In this document: positions 33,035-44,781 of the stretch, in pieces | How the letters are laid out: each line of letters opens with the position of its first letter | Position numbering within the stretch: the first letter of the stretch is position 1 | Origin: an uncultured Nitrososphaerales archaeon | Lineage (GTDB): Archaea; Thermoproteota; Nitrososphaeria; Nitrososphaerales; Nitrososphaeraceae | Assembly (NCBI GenBank): GCA_963713605.1 | Contig: CAVQMO010000005.1 | Span: 1 to 64,000, forward strand | Length of the DNA: 64,000 nucleotides | Reading direction: 5' to 3' | The notes under the pieces: model-generated | Database searches by the model: none | What the model was told of the DNA's origin: nothing | Seen by the model: only the letters and a program-made list of their open reading frames with translations | Position numbers and translations under genes: made by a program

Positions 33035-34401
33035 TTAGGGGTCAGCAGCGCATCTAAAACCTGAAAAGAGTATTCGCTCATTTGGTCTAAAATAGTTTCT
33101 ATAGCTATTTCTGATCTGCAAACATGGCGTGGCAAATGATCCACCTCGAAGAACCTTTTGGTTAACGGACCACTTATCAGTATACTCTGAAAATTTCGAC
33201 TTAAATCGCGGATACAAACTGTACTCTGAGGAAGTCCATTCCCACACATCCCCTATCATTTGAAAGCATCCAAAATTGCTTCTCCCTTGTTTGTACATTC
33301 CGATACGAGAGGGGGCCCAATTGTTAGATTCAAGGACGTTTGCGTACTTTTGAACGGTCAATGTCTTCTCCCCATGGATACAAAAATTTGCATTGTAATT
33401 TCTCATTCCAGCTGGCTGGCCTTCTCCCACTCTGCTTCAGTTGGAAGTCGTTTTCCTGCCCATCTAGCATATGCGTTTGCCTCATAGTAGCTTACATTCA
33501 CAACAGGTTCTTTGGGATCTACCTTAGTGTTGCCTCTAAAGTCCTTTTTCATCCAGCATCTTTCTTTCTTTTCATAGTTCCAAAAAAGAGGAGCTTTCCA
33601 TTTTTGCTCTCTGACCAAATCCCACCCGTCAGCCAACCATAAATTGAAATCATCATACCCGCCGTCATCCATAAATCGCTGAAAATCTCCGTTGGTTACT
33701 GGGAAAGTATCCATTAAATAATTCTCGAGGTAGACTTTATGTTCTGGAAGCTCGTTATCATAGCAGAACTGGTCACTAGGATAACCAAGATTGTATAATC
33801 CTCCAGGGATCTTAACCATTGAAGAATGCACGTCGTGAACATTAGGGGTCTTGAAAGAATCTGCCTGAGGTTCGAAAGATTTCATAGTTGAGGGTCGGAA
33901 ATTATCATCTGGATCAATAAACCGATTAAAGTAATACTGTAAATCATAAATCATTAGCTCCTGGTGCTGCATTTCATGCTGATTGGCTAATTTTATGTCA
34001 TAGTAGGTATCATCATTATATTTGATATTCCTATTTTTTAGAAATCTTACAACTTCCTTGTCAATAAACGATCTATATTGCAATGTCTGTTTGATTGTGG
34101 GTCTTGGAAACCTTCCTCTCTCAACTTTGCTTAGAATAAAATCGTACTTTTGATAGTATGAGTTTAAGTAGGCCAAATTAATCTCCTCCGGTAGCGTTAT
34201 TTTTGCTCCATGCTTCTCCAGAACCTTTTGGTAAAACCAGCTCACATGGGCCAAGTGCCAATTCGGTGGGCTGCCAAAGTCACTTCCTTGAATCACGGCA
34301 TCCTCGTGCCTAAGTTGAGAGAATATATTAAGAGTAGTTCGCCTTATGGACTTAAATTCTTTTGTTAGGGACTCTAGCGAATCCTGAAGGACCTGCGTCA
34401 C
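33035..34401 (-). CDS. egtB: Ergothioneine sulfoxide synthase EgtB, frameshifted near 33415
   Basis: SPPNWHLAHVSWF, NSYY, HEMQHQE metal motif, RLPTEAEWEKA, GDVWEWT and FGE-type C-terminus. Confidence 0.9.
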
Positions 34402-34499
34402 CTCATAACATATAGAAATATCATTTATAAATCGATCTTATCAGTGCCATTTAGCGGCAAATAGACAGATAGCAGTTATTTTCTGCCTGGACAGAAGAA

Positions 34500-34736
34500 C
34501 TATAGATAAAGGTCAGTAAACTGTCGATCCTGTTAGCCCACTTAACGATTGTCAAAGTACTTACGGCTGAACCAACTATTCCAGCTACCAGTGCACCTAC
34601 AGTCTTGTGATCTATAAAGCCTCGGCATAGCCTGGCCTAACCATTCCGCTATATCTGGCACCACGAGATATCCTGCGAACCCTATTGCGAAGCCTATTAC
34701 CCAGAACAACAAGATGACAGGTCCCCTTGACATCTC
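34500..34736 (-). CDS. Small two-TM membrane protein, probably frameshifted
   Basis: MSRGPVILLFWVIGFAIGFAGY..., with a second frame reading VGALVAGIVGSAVSTLTIVKWANR. Confidence 0.55.
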
Positions 34737-35202
34737 ATTTAGTCCTCCGCCGATCCATGACACCAACGCAAACCGTGGTTACCTCCAATCTATTAATCAG
34801 ACGGCTGATGCACAACCCACTTTGGTCATTTCGCAAATAAGCATTAATGTCAAATATTATCGCATAGATTGACAAAATATGGCTCCTAGCCCTCCTTTAG
34901 AATTAGATATTCAGAATATGAATTGTATCTACAAAAGTTTTCAATTGAAATAAATACTTATGACCATTTCAAATAAATATAATGTTGACTTTTGCGTTCT
35001 GACGATCAAGGTGGTTGGATATGCTCACGAAATTTGGATCAACAGAAAAATGATGGAAAATGTTATTTTCAATCAATTTTGGGGAATTGATGGTTGTAAA
35101 TTCAGGATCTATTTATGCCGAACACCCACTCCATTGTTTGTGTGAATCAGGTGTGGAGCAAGGTCAGGACGGGGGAATTGAATCAGGGGCTGTCAATCCA
35201 GT

Positions 35203-36353
35203 ATGACGAGTATGGATTATTGTACGATTTGTCCTGAATGTAATTCTCGGTTGATACATGACCAAAGCAAAGGCGAGTACATTTGCGAAAAGTGTGGTTG
35301 TGTCGTTATGGACCAGATAAATGATTACGGCCCAGAGAGCCACTCTAATGATTTTGAAGAGAAAAGTAAGTTAACTAGAGCAAGTGGCCATACAAGTTTT
35401 TCCTTGCATGATTATGGCCTAAGGACGGAGATCGGTTTTAGTTCGAAGGATTACAGCGGCAAAAATATAGATTATGCAATTGTAGAACAAATGAATACTA
35501 TGAGAAAATGGCAATCCCGCATCAGGGTTGCTTCTCCGAAGGAAAGGAGACTCTCAAACGTTTTGTACAAGATAAATGAAATATGCTCGCTGCTGTCTCT
35601 TCCCAAGACTATTACAGAGACCGCAGCAATGTTCTATCGTCTCTTTGAGAATCGGAGCGAAGCAAAAGGAAAATCTGTAATTTGTATCGCGGCCGCTACA
35701 ATCTATCTTGCCTGCAAGAAATGTAATGTGGTTAGGTCACTTGAGGAAATCGTTAATCCATTAGGCTCAAGTGAAAAATCCAAAGCAAATACTAGGTTGG
35801 CTTCCAAATACTACAGATCCATGGTTATGGAAATGGGAATGTTTACTGAATCTTATATCCGGCGCAGATACGAGCATCGGCATTTCGAGAATCTAACAGA
35901 AAAGCCTGGGATAAGTCAATATTATCATGGAGAGTCACTTAGGCAAAATAGTTTACCACGAAGCAACTTTGCAAACCAGGCGCTCGCTTCCTGCTGCAAT
36001 CCGGACTCCTACTCTTTCGGTTATGCAACACAGATACTTACCCAGTTTCTGCTGCAATAGATCAGTATATCTCTAAATTAGCCAACATGGCAAAAATTGA
36101 TACTAAGGTAGAAAGGCTGGCTATCGACATAGCCCACAAAACAAACAATCATCTCTTGGCCGATGGTAAATCGCCACATGGACTTGCAGCAGCTTACATA
36201 TATCTTGCGTCAGTGTTATTGGGGGTAAGTTTGTTACAGATGGAGATTTCAAGTTTTGCAGGCATTACCGAAGTAACCATCCGGAATAGGTGTAAGGACA
36301 TCTTGTCTTCATTTAAGATGTCTGTAATAGTACGACCATTGCATAAAGGGTAA
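35203..36353 (+). CDS. tfb: Transcription initiation factor IIB, frameshifted, with long insert between cyclin repeats
   Basis: CPEC...CEKCG Zn ribbon, MRKWQSRIR, AAATIYLAC and GKSPHGLAAAYIY...GITEVTIRNR. Confidence 0.92.
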
Positions 36354-36835
36354 GACTATTTATTCTTTGGATTGAAGTGTCAAATAAGTAATAATTGGCT
36401 AGACTGGACTGATGATTGTCTTATTGAAATGCTGCGTCGCTGAGTTTGCCAAAATGACAACGTACAAGTCAAAGAGGATGTTTTTAATTCAATGTAGTAC
36501 ATAATCTAAAGCAGATATAGGATTAAAGATGTGTATAATACCAATGGATTAGTATGTTTGGCTAGCAAAGTCCGACAGACCAATTTTAAGAACAGAAGCT
36601 TGCTCCCGGATTATGTCCCCGGCATGGGTTATTAAAACACGGCAAAAGTGATAACTTTCCTGAAACGAACTTGTACTGAATTTGATTTCAATTGACTAAA
36701 CCGTGGAGGCAGGTTAAGTAGAGTTTAGAACATCTATCCAGAAGGTATTTGTTGTCAAAAATTGGCTGGAATTAAGAACATCAGCATCTCATATTAGCGT
36801 ACAACTTATATTAAACAAACACAAGTTGGGATTCC

Positions 36836-37174
36836 ATGGGCGGCGCGAAAAAGAAATCAGTAGGTTCAAGTGCGAAGAATAAAGACTCAACCGCAGCATC
36901 AGGCTCTAATCAAACTCAATCCCAGACCCAGAAGAAAGAAGATTCAAAAAAATCAAGTGGCAGTAAGCAAAGGCTATCAGTTGCAATAGAGGAAGCTGCA
37001 GGAAAGAAGGCCTTGCAGAACATGAAAGCCATCACCGTCCAAGCTCTAGCGAGAACTCTAGGTGTAAAGATATCTGTGGCTAATTCTTTTCTGAGATCCA
37101 TGGAGGCCAGAGGTTTGGTCAAACTGGCTGGCGGATATAGCGGACATCGAATTTATCAACAAGTTGTTCAATAG
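36836..37174 (+). CDS. rps25e: Small-subunit ribosomal protein eS25
   Basis: MGGAKKK...KAITVQALARTLGVKISVANSFLR...GHRIY. Confidence 0.85.
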   Translation: MGGAKKKSVGSSAKNKDSTAASGSNQTQSQTQKKEDSKKSSGSKQRLSVAIEEAAGKKALQNMKAITVQALARTLGVKISVANSFLRSMEARGLVKLAGGYSGHRIYQQVVQ

Positions 37175-37219
37175 GTAGGATACGCAATATCTGCCTGACG
37201 AAGGTGAATCTATCCCTTA

Positions 37220-37612
37220 TTATTTCCTTAAAATCAAGTTGTTGCCGGCCTTACACTCACTAAGCATGTCTATGCTAGATTTTGCCATGCCCATTAAATT
37301 CATCGGTGAAACTCTACTATCTTGAAGGAAGAAGCATACAGACGAAGAATTGGTTAGAAATGCAATTTCTCCAGACTTAAAAGTGGTTTTTGGCTTCTCA
37401 CCCCCGACTTGGAGCTGCGTATGTATATATGCAAATTTATTGTCGTAAAAATGTACAGTATCGGTGATTGGTAGTGCATTGAAAACTCTGCTGACTGTAA
37501 GAGGTGCTAGATGTCGAACAAGTTCATATTCAATTATGCCTTGTCCCTGTATTTCGAGCATAACGGTTAACCTTGAAACTGATTTCAGGCCGTCTTGACT
37601 TCTATCCCACAT
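37220..37612 (-). CDS. Cyclophilin-like fold protein
   Basis: LVRHLAPLTV...ALP...GEIAF...VCFF. Confidence 0.7.
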   Translation of the reverse strand: MWDRSQDGLKSVSRLTVMLEIQGQGIIEYELVRHLAPLTVSRVFNALPITDTVHFYDNKFAYIHTQLQVGGEKPKTTFKSGEIAFLTNSSSVCFFLQDSRVSPMNLMGMAKSSIDMLSECKAGNNLILRK

Positions 37613-37812
37613 CTTATTGTACTAGTTTGAATCACCAAAATAAAAGTTACATTAACATTCTATAGCAGTAAGGGTATATTTTACCTATTCTATGTTTAAG
37701 TGCAAGCGTAAATAATTAATTCCAACAAGAAGGAAAACGTTTATTTAGACCCGTTCGTAACCCACTTCTCAACATTCGGAACATTTAATTATATATTTAT
37801 TTCCCCTTTGGT

Positions 37813-38361
37813 TTGTTCTTGGTACTTAAAGATTCTCCTAATAAACAGCCTTCCTCGAAAAAGGGAACTTCTAAAAAGAAACAGCAGTCATCCGGTCCAG
37901 CAGTGCCAAAGAGTAAGAAAGTCTCATCACCAGGCACTAAGAAAGAAGCAGGCACAAGTAAAAAAAAGGCCGTCAAGGGGTTGGCCAAATCAGTTGAGAG
38001 TAACACAATAGGGAGAGGGAAAGGAGATTCCATGGAAGAGCTTTCATTAAGCACTAGGCCAAAAGACGAGGTCGTTACGTATGATGAAATCGATTTCCAC
38101 CTCCAAGAGATTTCAGGCTCTTCCACCGAAGTTCTGATTGGTCCTCAGACTCTTACGCGATTTGAGAAGGCAAGAATCACTGGAGCAAGATCTCTACAAC
38201 TTTCTCTAGGAGCCCCAAGCCTTATCGCCATCCCTGGTGGAATCAAAGACTCAATATCATTAGCGGTAGCTGAATTGGAAGCAAGAGCTTTACCAATCTC
38301 AATTCGAAGAGTTCTGCCAAGCGGTCTCTATCAGGACATCCCTATTGATTGGCTACGATGA
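37813..38361 (+). CDS. rpoK: RNA polymerase subunit Rpo6 (K) with long Lys/Ser-rich N-terminal extension
   Basis: LTRFEKARITGARSLQLSLGAP...LPISIRRVLP. Confidence 0.92.
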   Translation: MFLVLKDSPNKQPSSKKGTSKKKQQSSGPAVPKSKKVSSPGTKKEAGTSKKKAVKGLAKSVESNTIGRGKGDSMEELSLSTRPKDEVVTYDEIDFHLQEISGSSTEVLIGPQTLTRFEKARITGARSLQLSLGAPSLIAIPGGIKDSISLAVAELEARALPISIRRVLPSGLYQDIPIDWLR

Positions 38362-39052
38362 TTACAACCAATATTTATAATTTTTAACTAGTATTACGTC
38401 TGGTTAAGCGAGAATTTGCTGATCGCGTTCTTCATACAGTAAGATAGTGAATAACTTTTCTTAAACTCAACTCTTTTCGGATTAGCTTCATTCAACAAAC
38501 TCGCGTGTCGTATCATTTCGACGAAAAATATCTTGTCTTAGAGAAGAACATATTTACTTTGTCAATACATCCAAGCCTGCTCTACATTATTTTGTTTTTA
38601 TATCAAATCACTCAAGAAACGGCCACCCTCACGTCAAGGGGAATATCTTGGTGTAAAATAGTACTTGACATTTATACTATCTTATACCTTATATCTTAAA
38701 GCTTCTGAAATCAACTAAGCGTCACTTCGAAAATTCTCAAATCCTAAGATAGTTATCTACACATATGCCATTGCCTCATGATCCCAATCATTCGCCAAAA
38801 GGAATTTATTTAAAGTGTCAAAGGAAAGGGGTAGAAGGCCAGAAATAACTGAACCTCCAGTTTCACTATAGTATCTATTGATGCTGTTGTAGTTATTATG
38901 GTTGCTTCGTATATGTGTCGATTTTATTTAGTTCCACGGGCGCTACTTTTGCTAACTAATGCTTGCCCGGAGCTGAAATTTTATATCTGGGATCAGATGC
39001 CTATTCTTGCTGCCAATCCCGATGAAGCCTATCAACTGTCCGTTGAAGCAAT

Positions 39053-39229
39053 TCATTTCGTTACAGAACTGCCGCCCTTGATTTCTTTCCGTAATGCATC
39101 TTCTACTAGTTCAGACAAATCTATCTCCCGGTTAATCGCCTCTATCTTTGCCTTTTTCCACAATTCAGGATCGACTTTTATAGATGTGACCTCTCTTTTT
39201 TTATGTGATGTTGAATGTTTTGCTTTCAT
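39053..39229 (-). CDS. 58-aa ribbon-helix-helix DNA-binding protein, not in the ORF track
   Basis: MKAKHSTSHKKREVTSIKVDPELWKKAKIEAINREIDLSELVEDALRKEIKGGSSVTK*. Confidence 0.75.
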   Translation of the reverse strand: MKAKHSTSHKKREVTSIKVDPELWKKAKIEAINREIDLSELVEDALRKEIKGGSSVTK

Positions 39230-39583
39230 GTGATATCGTTTACAGGTTAAGTGTTATAAATATATATATCCTAATCATTACAAAATACTTTATAAATAAC
39301 TAGCTGTCATTACTTTCAACGCAAGTATTTAGATTCAGAAGATTTATTGACGTATTGATTTAATATTGCTATATATATTCTTTTATTTTTATGATTCGTA
39401 GTTGCGATTATTGATGCCGATTAATCCTACAACTGCCTTGATTATAATCAAAGCTTGTTAGCCACTTTTCTAACTGAATAAACCATTCGATTTACGTTAG
39501 AGTCTCAAAGTAGAAGACTGTATTAAACCATAATATTCACATCAACGGAATTTCGAATCTAAAATAAATAAACAAAGAGAGTA

Positions 39584-39973
39584 TTAGTGGGCCAAAAGTA
39601 TCTCTTTAATCTTCATATTGTCTATTAAAGATTCAAGGATCCTTTCTTTTTCTTCATTCGGGACTCGAGCAGTCTTTGCAAATTCAAGACTATCTAAAGC
39701 CTTTAATTTCCAAAAATTTGTCAACCCCAGTTCAATGATCTCTAAAGCATCGTATACCATCTTCCCAAAAGATGTTAAAGTATAATTGCTGTGATACTTT
39801 CTAATGAGTCCAACTTCTACCATCTCAGATAGCCTTGTATAGTACTGCTTTCGAGATAGGCTAAGCTGACTTCGCAGCGTCGATGTATCAGAAGGCTGAT
39901 TGGCTATGTATTTAAATATAGACAAGGACTTTCGGTCGCCTAATGAATCTATCACTTTTTCAAGTTCAATCAA
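39584..39973 (-). CDS. Winged-helix transcriptional regulator
   Basis: LSLSRKQYYTRLSEMVEVGLIRK...YTLTSFG. Confidence 0.8.
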   Translation of the reverse strand: MIELEKVIDSLGDRKSLSIFKYIANQPSDTSTLRSQLSLSRKQYYTRLSEMVEVGLIRKYHSNYTLTSFGKMVYDALEIIELGLTNFWKLKALDSLEFAKTARVPNEEKERILESLIDNMKIKEILLAH

Positions 39974-40119
39974 TGCTTGTATGATTTATAGAGAGAATAC
40001 CACTAATATTAGCATTGGGGTCTATAGTGTCCATTCGAGGGGCCTGGGGAACGCTTTGTCAGCTAGTTTGAAGCTTGATAAGATTGTCATACCTTGCGCT
40101 TTTGGTTATTTTCCTATAG

Positions 40120-41172
40120 TCAATTTGTAACTACTACAGAGAAGCTGAAATGTGATATCGTAATTGAACTAGCCATGGGGAGCCTCAAGGCAGATGCCCC
40201 CGAGTTATATAGTGCTATGGCAGTGGAAGTGACGACATTGCGCGTTGAACTCTTGTCCGCAGTAGTTGGAGTAATGTAAGAATCAACAATCCCATTCTCT
40301 GGATATTCCACTCTGAACATGCATAGCTGTCCCTCAGAGTCGCTTTCAATTAGATGCATTTCAGGGGGCGGATAAGCAATACTTGACCAATTTTCCAGCA
40401 ATACAACCCTTACCGGAGTTTGATGTTTATCATTGCAGGGAATTCTAGCAGTTGCAAAAAGCTTACCTCTCCCGTCGCTGCCCGCCTCATCGCTGGAGAC
40501 TATAAGATAATCCTTGGGTGGAATATTCATGCCAAACAGTGGAATCGTTGAAAACTCAGTATTGAGAAAGCTTATAGTCTTATTAGTCGATTTTTGGACA
40601 TCTTGAGATATGTCAGCGCCATTATTCCCACTCCGACGGATGTCATCTATCGCCGAAGAGAGTAGAGAGCTAGGATTTACCATCTTCTCAATCGCACTTT
40701 GCGTAATTTCACTTGCATCTTCTGCAGTAGAGGCTTCCTGTGGCGGCGTCCTGGCTTCGGAAACGAGATCAGGAACTGGTAGAAAAGAACTATCGGTGGT
40801 CAAATTCCTATTCTCTGGTTGCTCGATTTCTGAAAGATTATAGTTAAAAGCAGGATAAATTGCCTCAGTGGAATTCCCTCCAGTAATTCCATTTGCGTTA
40901 AATCCTTTTGGTCCGTTAATACCGTAGTTGTCGTGCTCCTCTAGCGGCGAGGCAGAAACAAGACCATTCATAGGGTAGATATTTAGCTGATGCAAAGTCA
41001 AATAGTAAACTTTAGGTGGAGCTAATGCTAACGGTGTAAGTACTACCGTTAGAACCATAACGGTAATGAATAAAATGCTCAAATGTATTATGATGAGTTT
41101 GATCTTTGAAAAAATAAATGGTTTAAATTTGTTGATTACCTGTGGGGTGCTACTAGACGACGAATGCAACAC
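40120..41172 (-). CDS. Membrane-anchored/secreted AOA-type hypothetical protein
   Basis: N-terminal TM, disordered linker and a C-domain with ARIPC...LCMF Cys pair. Confidence 0.65.
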   Translation of the reverse strand: MLHSSSSSTPQVINKFKPFIFSKIKLIIIHLSILFITVMVLTVVLTPLALAPPKVYYLTLHQLNIYPMNGLVSASPLEEHDNYGINGPKGFNANGITGGNSTEAIYPAFNYNLSEIEQPENRNLTTDSSFLPVPDLVSEARTPPQEASTAEDASEITQSAIEKMVNPSSLLSSAIDDIRRSGNNGADISQDVQKSTNKTISFLNTEFSTIPLFGMNIPPKDYLIVSSDEAGSDGRGKLFATARIPCNDKHQTPVRVVLLENWSSIAYPPPEMHLIESDSEGQLCMFRVEYPENGIVDSYITPTTADKSSTRNVVTSTAIALYNSGASALRLPMASSITISHFSFSVVVTN

Positions 41173-41263
41173 GATCCGCTACACCGGCTATCGAACAATT
41201 TGATCCAGATCTGGGTCGAGTGTGGACCGACAGAAAATGACAATTAGAAATCTGATCTATTTT

Positions 41264-41783
41264 CTAGCATGCTCGCCTTTTAAGTTCCTTTAAGATCTGC
41301 AAAAGCTTCCTCAATTGTTCGTGTCTGAATTGACCCAATTTAATCTGATTTATATCAACATCAAATTTTCTAAGCTCTCGATATACTTCCTTGTCTTCAA
41401 GGATATCGATGAATTGTCTTTCATTAAAGGGCTTTTGAACTAGCTCAACTAATTGCCTGAGCTGCCTTACTGCCTCCATTAGAATGTCTCTCACATAAGC
41501 TGAAGCAAATATTATTCGTTGATGAGGATTAACTGCTAGGATCTCCTTGGCCACTTCAAGCCCATTGCGCCCGGGCATCTCATAATCTAATACTACAGCG
41601 TCAAAAGGTTGAATCTTTTGCATTGCGTTGGTCTGCAATCTTATATTCTCCAATTCGTCGTGGTATATCTGCAAACATTCCAAACCATCCTTCGCTGAAA
41701 CAAGCACATGCCGGTACTTTTCAAAAAAGTACATCGTAGTAAAACCGAGTATCAGGATTGTCCTCAGCTATAAGTACTCTCAT
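41264..41783 (-). CDS. Response regulator receiver protein, frameshifted near 41740
   Basis: MRVLIAEDNPD in the upstream frame, then DAVVLDYEMPGRNG, IIFASA and QKPF. Confidence 0.9.
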
Positions 41784-41908
41784 GCATAGTTCTAGGGAAG
41801 GAAATAATATATAGTTATATTCGTCATGAGCTGTACTTCATTAGTGGCCTTAAAAAGAATAAAATGACTTGTCGAAGGAAATATGTATGCACAACAAAGT
41901 AATTCGCA

Positions 41909-43459
41909 TTGAGTGAGAGAAAACATTATCACATTGTTATAATCGGTGGAGGTATCCTCGGATGTTCTATAGCCTATTTATTGTCCTACAATCTCGGACC
42001 ACGTACACGAATACTTCTTATTGAACAGGAAGCCTCTCCGGCGTATCATTCTAGCTCTCGAAATACTGGAAAAGTGCATGCTCCATTCCTCTATGATCCG
42101 TCAAAGAAAAAATTGTTTGCAAGGTCTGCTTCAATTGGTTTCGAAATGCTGTCCGACTATTGCAAATCAAGGCATTTGCCATTCATAAAGGATGGCATTT
42201 TGGAGGTCGCCACAGACGAAAACGGAATAGATCATCTGCACAGGTATCTTGAGTGGGGGTATTCAAATGGCTTAAGTCAAGAGGAACTCCGATATCTAGA
42301 TAAGCAGGAGGTTGCGGCTTTGGAACCAAATGTCAGATGTACTGGCGCTATCTTTTGTACAAAGGATGCCTCAGTTAACTACGGTGAAATTACCAGGAGC
42401 CTTTTGTCTGACGCTCGAAACCTTGGATGTGAAGTAATGTTCGGAACCAAAGTCGTGTCAGTAAAATCAGAAGAATACTCATATCTAGACCAAGGTTTCG
42501 AAAGTCTTCATCAAGGTTCAATACAGCGGCATCATCATAAAGTTCGACTCCAATTACTCCAAACATGTAGAATCCCAGAAACAAGAATGCCGGACGGCGT
42601 GGGACTTGGATCATTTCCAGATGTAAAAGCTGAGGCAAATATTACACGTTCCACCTCTGACAAGCAAAGGTTGTCTTTTATTGAGCTATCTGCAGATTAC
42701 CTAATTAATGTGGCAGGAGGGGCGGCTTTTACTATTGCTCATGGTATGGGTTTGGCCAAAGGCTTTGCGGCCTTGTATTTTAGAGGTGAGTATTGGGTCG
42801 CCCCATATTCTCTTAGAAATCTAACAAAGATGAGCATTTACTCGGTCCCTCGTTATCCAGAGTATCCGTTTCTTGATCCTCACTGGATCGTCAGGATTGA
42901 TGGAAGAAGGGAGGTGGGACCAAATGCGGTCTTGGTATCAGGCCCGTTTGCATACAACTGGAACCAAAATATGAGACTAGTACTACCAAAAATACTACAA
43001 TCTATTAGAGAATCCGGAAGAATAGGTCTTATTAGTCTCTTCACAGACAAGAAATTTGTAACACTGGCTCTTCACGAGCTAAGAAGTTCCCTATCTAAGA
43101 AGGTAATGATAAATCGGGCAAAGCGGTTTCTTCCCGCTCTCGATCATTCCCAATTTACTAATAGAGGAACATCAGGAATAAGATCTTCTATAGTAGATGA
43201 AGATGGTAAATTCGTCTCTGACATCTTTATCGCAGAAAATGATGACTCTGTACATATGCTAAATTACAATTCTCCAGGGGCAACTGGAGCATTGCCAGTG
43301 GCAGCACTAATAGTTGATCATCTAATCAAGCAGGACAGATTACGATCCTCAATACGCGCTACCAGTGCTGAAAAGTTTGATCCTGCGAAAGATTTTGGCC
43401 CCGTGACAAAATGGGACATACGACATATTAGTCACATGTTAACGGTAGGCACTGCTTAG
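41909..43459 (+). CDS. FAD-dependent oxidoreductase, L-2-hydroxyglutarate oxidase (LhgO)-like
   Basis: IIGGGILG, HSSSRNTGKVHA, FRGEY, GPNA and NSPGATG. Confidence 0.85.
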   Translation: MSERKHYHIVIIGGGILGCSIAYLLSYNLGPRTRILLIEQEASPAYHSSSRNTGKVHAPFLYDPSKKKLFARSASIGFEMLSDYCKSRHLPFIKDGILEVATDENGIDHLHRYLEWGYSNGLSQEELRYLDKQEVAALEPNVRCTGAIFCTKDASVNYGEITRSLLSDARNLGCEVMFGTKVVSVKSEEYSYLDQGFESLHQGSIQRHHHKVRLQLLQTCRIPETRMPDGVGLGSFPDVKAEANITRSTSDKQRLSFIELSADYLINVAGGAAFTIAHGMGLAKGFAALYFRGEYWVAPYSLRNLTKMSIYSVPRYPEYPFLDPHWIVRIDGRREVGPNAVLVSGPFAYNWNQNMRLVLPKILQSIRESGRIGLISLFTDKKFVTLALHELRSSLSKKVMINRAKRFLPALDHSQFTNRGTSGIRSSIVDEDGKFVSDIFIAENDDSVHMLNYNSPGATGALPVAALIVDHLIKQDRLRSSIRATSAEKFDPAKDFGPVTKWDIRHISHMLTVGTA

Positions 43460-43683
43460 TCCTCCATGAAAGAATCAGTACTCTTACTCATGGAAAATCG
43501 ACGCAATAAAATAAGAAATAGAAATCACTAAATTTCAAAAGGCCGTCTGGATAACCTTGACATCCAGTCTTGGAAAATGGGATGAGGGTGGATTTCTGCC
43601 AAAAAAATGTTGATTTTTTCACCTTTCATCATGTCTAGCGAGGTGATTATGTGGGAAATTTGCAATGCATCCTTCTCGATAGA

Positions 43684-44781
43684 TTATCTAGTTGCGTTAG
43701 TTAGTACCGTGTTATTCAACACATTCTGCAGAGTATTGTCACCTCCAGCCAGACCTGACGAAGACGAAGATGTGTTTCCAGAATTTGCTGCACCGCCCTC
43801 CCCACTACTTAATACAAATTCATTTCTACTTGTTGGAATCTCTATGAACGGAGTCACTGATTGACCATTTGCTCCTGATCCATCGCTACCACCAACGACC
43901 AGAGGCAACTGGCCATCCCATTTCTGGGATTTGAGCCAATCTAAATAGCTAGGACTCTGCCGCAGTTGCTCATCTATTGTGGTTATAGCTTGTGCTTCAC
44001 CTTGTGCCTGTAGTACGTTCGCTTGTCTAACTCCTTCAGCTCTAGCAATGTTTGCTTGCTGCTCTCCCACTGCTCTAGCTTCTGCCTGTTGCGCTTCAAT
44101 CTCTATTCTACGCAGCTCGTTCTGTGCCTGCAATGCCCTCTGTTGGGCTGCTACTTTTGCCTCTACTGCCCTTACGAATTCATCTGAAAACTGAAATTCA
44201 GTAATGGATATTGTGTCTACGGTAATATTGTACGCGGCAAGTCTTGCCCTAATTTGTTCTTCGATTTCATTTTTGACCTGTTCTCTTTTTGTGATCAATT
44301 CTTCTGCGTTAAACCTTGCAGTCACCTGTTTGACGGATTCCTGAATTGCTGGTACAATTACCCTGTTGGCATAATCAAGGCCTAACTGCCGATATACAAG
44401 TTGAGCGCTATCAGGATCAAGTCTGTAATTTAAAGCGACCTGAGTTCTGACATCCTGCAAATCGCGTGAGGCAGACACTGTATCTTCCGTAATCTTCTGC
44501 GTCCTAACTTCCATTTGGACAATGTTGTCTCTAACCGGTACCACGAAATGGATCCCTTCCTGCAACGATCTGCTAGTATCCACCGCACCAAAGTTTAATA
44601 GTACGCCTCTATTGCCAGCATCAACAATTTTGATACTCGACACAATAAGTATCGCAACTATTATCACACCTATTATTGCAGGAATTGCAATTTTCAAGAT
44701 TCTCTTGCTAGAGCTTGAATTCGGGTATGGATCTCCATAAGGATAGCTAGATTTTCCTCGCTTGAATGGGTTTTTCGGCAT
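43684..44781 (-). CDS. Prohibitin/SPFH family protein, paralogue 1
   Basis: TM anchor, EGIHFVVP, ASRDLQDV, ARFNAEELITKRE and AVEAKVAAQQ. Confidence 0.92.
   Translation of the reverse strand: MPKNPFKRGKSSYPYGDPYPNSSSSKRILKIAIPAIIGVIIVAILIVSSIKIVDAGNRGVLLNFGAVDTSRSLQEGIHFVVPVRDNIVQMEVRTQKITEDTVSASRDLQDVRTQVALNYRLDPDSAQLVYRQLGLDYANRVIVPAIQESVKQVTARFNAEELITKREQVKNEIEEQIRARLAAYNITVDTISITEFQFSDEFVRAVEAKVAAQQRALQAQNELRRIEIEAQQAEARAVGEQQANIARAEGVRQANVLQAQGEAQAITTIDEQLRQSPSYLDWLKSQKWDGQLPLVVGGSDGSGANGQSVTPFIEIPTSRNEFVLSSGEGGAANSGNTSSSSSGLAGGDNTLQNVLNNTVLTNATR

Noticed and set aside
29706..34401. Programmed frameshifting in the ebo/egt genes
   Set aside because: No consistent slippery motif was seen, and similar breaks occur throughout the window.
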